This document shows positions 9,156 to 16,584 of a DNA stretch of 20,000 nucleotides, one piece after another (position 1 is the first letter of the stretch; each line of letters opens with the position of its first letter). The stretch comes from an uncultured virus (IMG/VR IMGVR_UViG_3300027747_002957) (Duplodnaviria > Heunggongvirae > Uroviricota > Caudoviricetes): the IMG/VR virus record IMGVR_UViG_3300027747_002957. The stretch is one strand, 5' to 3'. The position numbers and the translations under genes were made by a program. Under the pieces are notes generated by a model, which had not been told where the DNA came from, did no database searches, and was given only the letters and a program-made list of their open reading frames with translations.

Positions 9156-10129
9156 GCACAGACATACTGAACGGCTACACTCGCCTGGAACATGCCAACA
9201 CTGAGTTGGCCAAGATAATCAACGTAAACTGGTGCATGGGCAACACCTGTAACTTTGAGTGCAGCTACTGCCCCAAGAGCCTGCATGATGGCAGCCATGG
9301 TTGGTATGACTATGACAGCGTGCTGCAGTTCTGTGAACGCATCATAGATCACTACAAGAGCACCATATACTTTGAGTTCACCGGCGGCGAAGTCACGCTG
9401 TGGAAGCACTTCCCAGATCTCTGCCAGTGGCTCAAGGCTCGAGGCTGCAGGGTAGGTTTCATCAGCAACAGTTCTCGCACCCTGCGCTGGTGGGAAGACA
9501 TCTTGGATCACGTGGACCACGTGTGCCTCAGCTTCCATCCCGAAGCAGGTGACAAGTCGCACTTCCTGCAGGTGGCAGCCATGACCAGCCAGCGCATACG
9601 CACGCACGTTAACCTCATGATGCTGCCGGATCGCTTTGATGAGCTCTATGACTTTGCGGTGCGGCTCACGGAGATTACCAACATCAGCATGGCGCTGCAG
9701 CCACTGCTGATCAACTTTGGTGAGGAAGTCTATCCCTATGCACCAGAGCAGCAGGAACGCATCGACAGGCAGTATGAGCTGGTCAGCAAGCACATCACTC
9801 ATGATCGGCAGTTTGAAAACTACCGAGGTGCCATGGCCATGGTACGTCCAGATGGCAAGCGAGTGGTCATGGCCCCGCAGAAGTTCATCAGCCAGCAGGT
9901 CAACAGCTGGCAGGGCTGGCACTGCTGGGCAGGTCTAGAAAACATCATCGTGGACATGGACGGCAAGATATACCGAGGATGGTGCCGCGAGGGTGGCAGC
10001 ATAGGTCATGTGCTTGACCAAGATCTGAACCTACCTCTAGCTCCGGTGCTGTGCACCAAGAACCGCTGCCACTGCAACTTTGACATAATGTGCACCAAGG
10101 AGAAGATCAATGGACTTCACGCCGGGTAA
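9152..10129 (+). CDS. Radical SAM protein with C-terminal Cys-rich auxiliary domain
   Basis: CNFECSYC and FTGGEVT; C-terminal GWHCWAG...C...CTKNRCHCNFDIMCTK; ATGA overlap. Confidence 0.9.
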   Translation: MSTDILNGYTRLEHANTELAKIINVNWCMGNTCNFECSYCPKSLHDGSHGWYDYDSVLQFCERIIDHYKSTIYFEFTGGEVTLWKHFPDLCQWLKARGCRVGFISNSSRTLRWWEDILDHVDHVCLSFHPEAGDKSHFLQVAAMTSQRIRTHVNLMMLPDRFDELYDFAVRLTEITNISMALQPLLINFGEEVYPYAPEQQERIDRQYELVSKHITHDRQFENYRGAMAMVRPDGKRVVMAPQKFISQQVNSWQGWHCWAGLENIIVDMDGKIYRGWCREGGSIGHVLDQDLNLPLAPVLCTKNRCHCNFDIMCTKEKINGLHAG

Positions 10130-11132
10130 ACCACTGCGAGCCTATGCTGCTGACGGCACGTGGCGCGACTTCAGCACTGACGAGATAGTGGGACAGAGGC
10201 TCAACTACTATAAAGGTTGGCACTGTGGCGTAGGTGTGGAGAACCTGTTCATCGACTCAGACGGCATGGTGCATGGTGCTAACTGCAGGGTAGGTGGCAA
10301 GCTTGGCAACGTTTTTGACGATTTTGCCATACCCACACACTGGTCTACCTGTGACCTACCAACTTGCTCGTGCGGCAGCGATCTTTTCATTCCCAAGAGC
10401 CGCACTCCCGATTTGGCCAAGCTGCTGCGCAGGACGCAGGACTTGGCAACCGAAGTAGGCAAGCGAGACTACCAGCTGCGAGACATAGCCGCGCTGGAGC
10501 GCACCCATGCCAGCAGCGTGAAGCAGGTGTTCTGGGAGATAGGCAGGCGCTGCAACTTTGACTGCAGCTACTGTTCTCCTAAGATACACAATAACTTCGA
10601 AGCTCACAAGAGCTTGGACGAGCTGATGTCAGCTACCCAGAGGATACAGGACAAGTTCATAGGACAAGGGCGCTGCAACTTCATAATCAGCGGCGGAGAG
10701 CCAACAGCTAACTCGGCTTTCCTGGACTGGTGCAGATACATCAACAGCTGCGGCTATCATCTCAGCATGCACAGCAACGGTAGCAGGCGACCGGAATACT
10801 ACAGCGAGCTGATCAACTACGGTGATCTCAATCTCAGCGCTCACTATGAGTTCTGGAACCAAGATAGGTTCCTTGAAGTGGTAAATGCTGTCACACAGCA
10901 GAAGTTCAGCAAGCACAACCGAGGCGTGGGACATCTCGAGATAAAGCTGATGATGAAACCCGGAACCACTGACGACACGCTGGCATTCGAAGATAGGCTC
11001 AAGGCCATACCAAACTTTACCAACTACTGCACCTGGGCCATAGTGCCAGTGCGAGACAATGAAGATCGCCATCTGTTAGATGGCTACAGCAACAGCGACT
11101 TTGAGCTGTTTGGAGACCGTAATGGCAAGTAA
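10110..11132 (+). CDS. Radical SAM protein with the auxiliary Cys-rich domain moved to the N-terminus
   Basis: AAGGAG SD; N-terminal GWHCGVG...NC...TCDLPTCSCGSDLFIPK, followed by core CNFDCSYC, ISGGEPT and HSNG. Confidence 0.9.
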   Translation: MDFTPGKPLRAYAADGTWRDFSTDEIVGQRLNYYKGWHCGVGVENLFIDSDGMVHGANCRVGGKLGNVFDDFAIPTHWSTCDLPTCSCGSDLFIPKSRTPDLAKLLRRTQDLATEVGKRDYQLRDIAALERTHASSVKQVFWEIGRRCNFDCSYCSPKIHNNFEAHKSLDELMSATQRIQDKFIGQGRCNFIISGGEPTANSAFLDWCRYINSCGYHLSMHSNGSRRPEYYSELINYGDLNLSAHYEFWNQDRFLEVVNAVTQQKFSKHNRGVGHLEIKLMMKPGTTDDTLAFEDRLKAIPNFTNYCTWAIVPVRDNEDRHLLDGYSNSDFELFGDRNGK

Positions 11133-12492
11133 CATACGCAACACAGCCTGCAGCTTTGCCTGGGACTATCCCAACATCATGTTCAGTGGCAGCAAGATCA
11201 AGAACTGCTGCCGCGGACCTTGGTCCAAGCCATCACATGCTGACATGGACAGGCAGGGCGTGGATCTGTTCAGCAACCACGAACCCATGCTGGAGGTGAA
11301 GTCAGCGCTGCTGCGAGGCCAGAAACACAGGTTCTGCAGCAAGTGCTATGAGGCCGAGCAGGCCGGCGTGGGCAGCCCGCGCAATGGTCTGGGTGGGCTG
11401 GCCAGCTACGTGGAAAGGACCAACTACTTCCCAGGCAAGTCAGCCACGGAGATAGAACAGCTGCTGCTGTCACTGACACCGCAGCAGCAGGCAGAGATAG
11501 CACGCCTGCGATCGCCCAACCTCATCGAGATATCGCTGGACAGCACCTGCGATCTCAAGTGCATGTACTGCAACCTCTACTACAGCACCCAGTGGGCTTC
11601 AGAAGCGCTGCAGCATGGCGACGTCACGCCAGACGTGCTGCGCCGCGAGCTGCCGGACACTGATCCGCGGTTCGAGCAGCTGTTCTGGGAATGGTTCGAG
11701 AGCTATGCCTATGAGCAGGCAGAATGCATCAACTTCATAGGTGGAGAGCCCTTGATCATTGACCGCTACTACCAGTACATGGAGAGGATCACTGCCAAGT
11801 ATCTCAGCGCGGGGCGCACGCGGCCACTGTACATGTCAGCAGTGACCAATCTCAACACGCCTCCTCGCTACATGGATCGCTGGCTGGACTGCATCGGCAA
11901 GCTGTTGGACTGCAGCAGCCAGACCCGCATGGTGATCAAGATCAGCCAAGAGAGCCTGGGCGCACGCGCAGAGTTCATACGCACCGGCCTCAGCTGGACG
12001 CGCTTCGAGTCAAACTTCAATCGCCTGCTGCGTTTCAAGCAGGAGCATGCTGAAGCATGGCGCATCAGGATCGACATCATTGCTAGCCACAATGCGCTGT
12101 CGGTCAGCGATTCACCTGCGTTCTTTGCCTGGGTGGCCGATCTGGTTGATGCGCATAGCACGGAGATAGGCATCAACCCACAGCAGATACAGTATCCTCA
12201 GTGGTTAAACGTGTCAGTGCTGCCTGCCAGCTACGGCAGCTATCTGCAGCGCAGCGCCGATCTGCTGCGATCACGCCGAAGGCACCAGATCGACGATGTG
12301 CACAGGGACTGGCTGCCCTACGCTGATTGGCTTGACGGGCTGGCCAAGAGCATCAGAGATCCACACAAGCCGCGCGAGCACCAGCAGGCTTTCGTGCGAG
12401 AGCTGGACAAGCTGTGCCATCGGCGTGGTCTGGACTTTGCTGCCACCTTCCCTGAGATGATGGAATTCTATCAGACATGCAAGGCCCTATGA
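11122..12492 (+). CDS. Radical SAM protein with N-terminal Twitch-like domain
   Basis: Start ATG 11122 with GGAG SD; TACSFAW...NCC...CSKCYEAE; core CDLKCMYC, FIGGEP, VTN and AEFIRTG. Confidence 0.9.
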   Translation: MASNIRNTACSFAWDYPNIMFSGSKIKNCCRGPWSKPSHADMDRQGVDLFSNHEPMLEVKSALLRGQKHRFCSKCYEAEQAGVGSPRNGLGGLASYVERTNYFPGKSATEIEQLLLSLTPQQQAEIARLRSPNLIEISLDSTCDLKCMYCNLYYSTQWASEALQHGDVTPDVLRRELPDTDPRFEQLFWEWFESYAYEQAECINFIGGEPLIIDRYYQYMERITAKYLSAGRTRPLYMSAVTNLNTPPRYMDRWLDCIGKLLDCSSQTRMVIKISQESLGARAEFIRTGLSWTRFESNFNRLLRFKQEHAEAWRIRIDIIASHNALSVSDSPAFFAWVADLVDAHSTEIGINPQQIQYPQWLNVSVLPASYGSYLQRSADLLRSRRRHQIDDVHRDWLPYADWLDGLAKSIRDPHKPREHQQAFVRELDKLCHRRGLDFAATFPEMMEFYQTCKAL

Positions 12493-13964
12493 TAACCTGG
12501 GGCATATCAGCTGGTGGACATGACGCGGCCATCGCTGTGCTCAAGCAGGGCGAGATAGCATTTGCCGCACATGCGGAGCGCTATAGCAGGCACAAGAACG
12601 ATCCGCATATCTGTTGGCCGCTCATACGCCAAGCATTCGCACACGGTGAACCAGACCAGATCATATGGCATGAAAAACCATGGTTGCTGCACACTCGTGC
12701 CATATACGCTGGACAATGGTCAGAAGCATTTAGCGCCAGTCCGCGCCAGCAGCTGCGTGGTAACTTCTTGGAGCACACACCTATCCGCACAGTAAGCCAT
12801 CATCACAGCCATGCTGCTGGCGGATACTACACCAGTGGTTTCAGGGACGCTGCTATCGTTGTGGTAGATGCTGTGGGTGAATGGGACACTCTCAGCATCT
12901 GGGAAGGCCACTGGGACCAGCTGCGCAAGCGTGCCAGCATCAGATATCCCAACAGCCTCGGACTGTTCTACTCAGCCATGACACAGCGCTGTGGGTTCAA
13001 ACCCAACGAAGAGGAATACATCATGATGGGCCTAGCGGCGCTGGGTGATCCTCAGAGGCTAGAGCAGCAGATCTGTGATGACATAATAGAAGTCACCACT
13101 GACTGGCCCTTCTTCAGATTGCGACGCAATCTGCACAGAGGTTGCCAATGGTGGTTGCCCGGAGAAAACAATACAGCAGACATAGCCGCTGCGGCGCAGA
13201 ACATATTCACCAAGATCATGATCAGTATCTGTGCACATGCTCGCGACCTAGTGGGCAGCAACAATCTAGTGTTCAGCGGGGGCAGTGCCCTGAACTGCGT
13301 GACCAACAGTGCGTTGACCCACAGCAATATCTGGGACCGCATCTGGATCATGCCCAATCCCGGCGATGCTGGTAACAGCATTGGTGCTGCTCTAGCATAC
13401 CACGGTGAGCACATCAAGTGGCAGGGTCCCTATCTTGGACATGACATACCAGGTGACTATCCTGTGCATAGGACGCTGGCAGTGCTGGGACTGGGACAGA
13501 TAGTGGGTGTGGCCAATGGTCGCGCAGAGTTTGGACCAAGAGCGCTGGGCAATCGCAGCCTCTTTGGTGATCCCAGAGATCCTGACATCAAGGACAAGAT
13601 GAACACGGCCAAGCAGCGCGAAGCATTCAGACCGTTCGCTCCTGTGATACTGGAAGAACTGGCTGGCAGCTATTTTGACGTGCTGGGCCAGGATCACAGC
13701 TACATGCAGTACACTGTGCGCTGCAAGGACCCTGACATCTATCCTGGTATAGTGCATGTGGATGGTACCAGCAGGCTACAGACGGTGGGAAGAGCGCAGC
13801 ATCCAAGTCTCTGGGAGCTGTTGGTACGTTGGTACAACAGCACAGGATGTCCCATGCTGGTCAACACTAGCCTCAACATCAAGGGGCAGCCCTTGGTTAA
13901 CACCGAAGCTGATGCTGAAGCTTTCACGGCTGCTTATGGAATCCCTGTGTTCTGCAGGGACTAG
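12489..13964 (+). CDS. O-carbamoyltransferase, NodU/CmcH/TobZ family
   Basis: HDAA, AERYSRHKND, HHHSHA, VVDAVGE, GRAEFGPRALGNRS, RPFAP, HVDGTSRLQTV and NTSLN motifs; ATGA-coupled start at 12489. Confidence 0.95.
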   Translation: MITWGISAGGHDAAIAVLKQGEIAFAAHAERYSRHKNDPHICWPLIRQAFAHGEPDQIIWHEKPWLLHTRAIYAGQWSEAFSASPRQQLRGNFLEHTPIRTVSHHHSHAAGGYYTSGFRDAAIVVVDAVGEWDTLSIWEGHWDQLRKRASIRYPNSLGLFYSAMTQRCGFKPNEEEYIMMGLAALGDPQRLEQQICDDIIEVTTDWPFFRLRRNLHRGCQWWLPGENNTADIAAAAQNIFTKIMISICAHARDLVGSNNLVFSGGSALNCVTNSALTHSNIWDRIWIMPNPGDAGNSIGAALAYHGEHIKWQGPYLGHDIPGDYPVHRTLAVLGLGQIVGVANGRAEFGPRALGNRSLFGDPRDPDIKDKMNTAKQREAFRPFAPVILEELAGSYFDVLGQDHSYMQYTVRCKDPDIYPGIVHVDGTSRLQTVGRAQHPSLWELLVRWYNSTGCPMLVNTSLNIKGQPLVNTEADAEAFTAAYGIPVFCRD

Positions 13965-14695
13965 CCCATCTTGGCTATCTTTTCCTGGCCTCTGGTCCAG
14001 GCTGTGATGCCCAGTATTGCGCCAAAGGCCAGATGTATCAATCCACCGTTGGCCAGCGTGAGGCTCTGCCACTGTGTGTAGGTTATGGCGGTGGCACCAA
14101 GATTCTTGAGAAACACGGGCATTGCCATGGTCAGCATGGGTGCTATCACGAAATCAAAGGCACAGATCAGCATGTAGAGCCAACCCATGGCAGGACGCCA
14201 ATAGCTCTTCATCCAATGTTCGCCTTCCTTTTGGCTATTGCGCTCTTCTTCTTCTCTGAGCTGTTGTTCACGGAAGTCCTCTTTGCGGATCTCCATGTAC
14301 ATGCTATGCTTGGCACGGTCGCTGTCCAGCTGGAACTTGGCTTCTTCCAAAGACATCTTGCGTGATACGATGTCACTGTTGATGTCGCTGATGGCAGAAA
14401 GGTCAGCACCTGTGCTGCTCATGGGAGGAGCAGGTGTTGCGCTGTAGCTGTTGCTGGGTGTCATGGTTATCGTGGTCGAACCGTTGGGTTCGGTGGTCAC
14501 GCTGGCAGAGGCGGCCGCAGTTGTTTGGTTAGTGTCTGATGGCACCGTGGTTGCTGCTGCGGGCTGCTGAGCTGCTGGTTGGCTGGCTGGCACATGCAGC
14601 GAATCATCATTGGCACTGTCTATGACAACACCATCCACTGCCTTGGGAGGTGGTGCAGCATCTGCGTTTTGTTTAGGATCCAGCCTCTTGATCAT
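13961..14695 (-). CDS. Putative holin (3TM/GTA-holin-like) with long low-complexity N-terminal extension
   Basis: C-terminal 'WRPAMGWLYM..FDFVIAP...GGLIHLAFGAILGITAWTRGQEK' with hydrophobic segments, typical of the WRP...LG...R..EK 3TM holin family; lies directly downstream of the spanin pair. Confidence 0.7.
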   Translation of the reverse strand: MIKRLDPKQNADAAPPPKAVDGVVIDSANDDSLHVPASQPAAQQPAAATTVPSDTNQTTAAASASVTTEPNGSTTITMTPSNSYSATPAPPMSSTGADLSAISDINSDIVSRKMSLEEAKFQLDSDRAKHSMYMEIRKEDFREQQLREEEERNSQKEGEHWMKSYWRPAMGWLYMLICAFDFVIAPMLTMAMPVFLKNLGATAITYTQWQSLTLANGGLIHLAFGAILGITAWTRGQEKIAKMG

Positions 14696-14696
14696 G

Positions 14697-14726
14697 AAAT
14701 ACCCCTGGTTCGTCAGGGGTATTTAT
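14697..14726 (-). promoter_or_regulatory. RBS-sequestering hairpin overlapping a TAAATA late promoter, upstream of the holin
   Basis: Perfect 11-bp inverted repeat AAATACCCCTG (14697-14707) / CAGGGGTATTT (14714-14724) with a 6-nt loop. On the minus strand the 3' arm carries AGGGG just before the ATG, and ATAAATA (14726-14720) overlaps the 5' arm. Confidence 0.7.
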
Positions 14727-14735
14727 TTTGTCAGG

Positions 14736-15113
14736 TCATTGTTGCGTCTGCGTTACATCTCTGGGCGCAGTGGCCTTCTTGTAGTAGGCTATGATCCTCT
14801 GCTGCTGCACGATATAGCGCTTGAGCTCCTGTATGTTGAGGCTCAGGGATTCATAGTCGCGGGTGCTCAAGGCAATGAACACTGGATTGTCAGTGCCTTG
14901 GTCCTTCTTGGCCTGCTTGATGAAGTCGTCTATGTTGCTGGCAGTGAGAACCTTGCTGGTGACCTTGAGCATGTCCACCGGCTGTGGATCGATTGGCTGT
15001 ATGATGCCGATCTCCACAGGCTTGGCAGTGACCTGCAGTGTCTGTGGCATGCTGGAGCATGCGGCCAATGGCAGCACCAATGCTGCCATGGCCAGCTTGA
15101 TCTTACTTGGCAT
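14736..15113 (-). CDS. o-spanin (Rz1-like outer-membrane lipoprotein)
   Basis: Lipoprotein signal MPSKIKLAMAALVLPLAA|C (lipobox LAAC), Pro-containing linker and C-terminal helix 'YESLSLNIQELKRYIVQQQRIIAYY'; overlaps the i-spanin by 11 nt. Confidence 0.8.
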   Translation of the reverse strand: MPSKIKLAMAALVLPLAACSSMPQTLQVTAKPVEIGIIQPIDPQPVDMLKVTSKVLTASNIDDFIKQAKKDQGTDNPVFIALSTRDYESLSLNIQELKRYIVQQQRIIAYYKKATAPRDVTQTQQ

Positions 15114-15525
15114 TCTTGGCTCCTGTGTTTGTTGGCAGCTGTTCTGTGAGTCCTGTGGTCTTTTCTAGATCATCAAAGGCACGCTGCGTGGCCCTGTTGA
15201 TCTTTTCTTCCAGCAGCTTGGCATCCTTGCGGCCCATGCCTGCTATGTCCTTGTTGCGGAACTTAGATTCCAGATCCATGCGGTCCTGCGTGGCCTTGTT
15301 GAGACCGTCCTGCAGCTCGTTGATCTGTTTGGCCTGCTGCTCATCATGGTCCTTCATGACCTTGATGGTCTCTTCGTTGGTCTGCACTGCCACCGTGAGC
15401 TTGGCGTTGTTTTCCTGCAGTATGGCCATGCGTGCCTGCTGATCTTCATAATACCAATAGCCTAAACCACATACCACGGCCAATATCAGGGCCATGACTG
15501 CTGCTAATTTCATCCCGATACCCAT
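15103..15525 (-). CDS. i-spanin (Rz-like inner-membrane protein)
   Basis: AGGAG SD; single N-terminal transmembrane helix (LAAVMALILAVVCGLGYWYY) followed by a coiled-coil; immediately upstream of the lipoprotein gene. Confidence 0.8.
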   Translation of the reverse strand: MGIGMKLAAVMALILAVVCGLGYWYYEDQQARMAILQENNAKLTVAVQTNEETIKVMKDHDEQQAKQINELQDGLNKATQDRMDLESKFRNKDIAGMGRKDAKLLEEKINRATQRAFDDLEKTTGLTEQLPTNTGAKNAK

Positions 15526-15534
15526 GATCTTCTC

Positions 15535-15648
15535 CTAAAGCATGTCTTGGACCAACAGCAGCATCAGCCGCACCTGCTCAGCAGCGGTCATGTCTTCCAC
15601 GTCCACGCTGCTGGTCTGCACCATTGTGTTGCTGTCTTGCTGTTCCAT
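15535..15648 (-). CDS. Small hypothetical protein (37 aa), possibly leaderless
   Basis: MEQQDSNTMVQTSSVDVEDMTAAEQVRLMLLLVQDML*. TAAATA lies 5 nt upstream of the ATG, and the stop overlaps the i-spanin SD. Confidence 0.5.
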   Translation of the reverse strand: MEQQDSNTMVQTSSVDVEDMTAAEQVRLMLLLVQDML

Positions 15649-15653
15649 CACAC

Positions 15654-15660
15654 TATTTAA
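15654..15660 (-). promoter_or_regulatory. T4-like late promoter motif (TTAAATA) for the lysis cassette
   Basis: TATTTAA on + at 15654-15660, in the intergenic gap. Confidence 0.55.
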
Positions 15661-15715
15661 TTGTTTGATCATGGCACTGCGATGACATAATTTGCGCAGA
15701 GGATAGGAGATTAAC

Positions 15716-16294
15716 GTGACGCTAGATGACATGTTTGCGCTGCTGGACAAGCGACGCCCGGGTTTTGAGCTGCTGTACCACAAGGTCAAGAACACCAAGA
15801 ACCCACTGATAGTGGAGACTGGCTGCACTCGCCAGCCTGACAACTGGTTCGGCGATGGCCAGAGCACGCAGGTGTTCAATACCATGTGTGAGCTCCACGA
15901 AGGCACGCTGAATAGCGTGGACATAGACGACAAAGCAGCTGGCTTTGCTCGCACCCTGGTAGGCGCGAGAGCTCACATCTACTGTGGTGACAGCGTGGCG
16001 TGGCTCCAGGAAGCCGAGACCATGTATGGCAAGATAGGTCGCAAGATAGACGTGCTCTATCTGGACAGCTATGACTTGGACATCGCAAACTGGGCGCCCA
16101 GCGCACTGCATCACATCTTTGAGCTGCTGGCCATCAAGAACGCCCTGCAGCCAGGATCGCTGGTAGCAGTGGACGATAACCTCATCATGGAAGATGGTAA
16201 CCACGTGGGCAAGGGCACGTTCGTGGCCAATTGGATGGCTCGCACAGGCAAGAAACAGATCTACCAAGGGTACCAGTGGATCTGGGAATGGTGA
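15716..16294 (+). CDS. Class I SAM-dependent methyltransferase
   Basis: AGGAG SD with GTG start; motif I 'IVETGC', then 'SVDID', 'GDSV', 'IDVLYLDS' and 'LVAVDD'. Confidence 0.8.
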   Translation: MTLDDMFALLDKRRPGFELLYHKVKNTKNPLIVETGCTRQPDNWFGDGQSTQVFNTMCELHEGTLNSVDIDDKAAGFARTLVGARAHIYCGDSVAWLQEAETMYGKIGRKIDVLYLDSYDLDIANWAPSALHHIFELLAIKNALQPGSLVAVDDNLIMEDGNHVGKGTFVANWMARTGKKQIYQGYQWIWEW

Positions 16295-16295
16295 A

Positions 16296-16517
16296 CTAGA
16301 CCGCAGCAGTCTCAAAATCCACGTCTATGTGGCGTGGATAGGGGCTGCGATCGTTGTAGATGTCACCGGCCATGGCCTGTAGATCCAACACCAAGTTATC
16401 GATCAAAACATGATCCTGCTTATCTGCAGGCGTGTCGTATTTGAGCCTGTGCAGTCTCAGCGACAGATCATACATCGCACTGACCTTGCGCGTCAGGTCG
16501 CTAATCTTATGGTACAT
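16296..16517 (-). CDS. Hypothetical protein (73 aa)
   Basis: AGGAG SD, upstream TTAAATA motif, fills the gap between neighbouring genes. Confidence 0.7.
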   Translation of the reverse strand: MYHKISDLTRKVSAMYDLSLRLHRLKYDTPADKQDHVLIDNLVLDLQAMAGDIYNDRSPYPRHIDVDFETAAV

Positions 16518-16551
16518 GCTATTCTCCTAATATGAACAGTATATTAACAAC

Positions 16552-16558
16552 TATTTAA
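16552..16558 (-). promoter_or_regulatory. T4-like late promoter motif (TTAAATA)
   Basis: TATTTAA on + at 16552-16558, in the AT-rich intergenic region upstream of the gene starting at 16517. Confidence 0.55.
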
Positions 16559-16584
16559 GCTGCCAATATGTTCCAGAGAATATA

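Noticed and set aside
14400..14660. Low-complexity GCT/GGT-rich stretch as a possible DNA repeat
   Set aside because: It is explained by the Ala/Thr/Pro/Gln-rich coding sequence of the holin tail; there is no regular repeat unit.
14610..15149. 179-aa plus-strand hydrophobic ORF
   Set aside because: It is antisense to the o-spanin and holin and crosses the regulatory hairpin.
15665..15691. TTGATC...CATAAT as a sigma70 promoter for the methyltransferase at 15716
   Set aside because: The spacer is only 15 nt, too weak to call.
15649..15954. Long 139-aa version of the minus-strand ORF ending at 15535
   Set aside because: The upstream part is antisense to the methyltransferase and runs through the promoter region; only 15535-15648 is kept.
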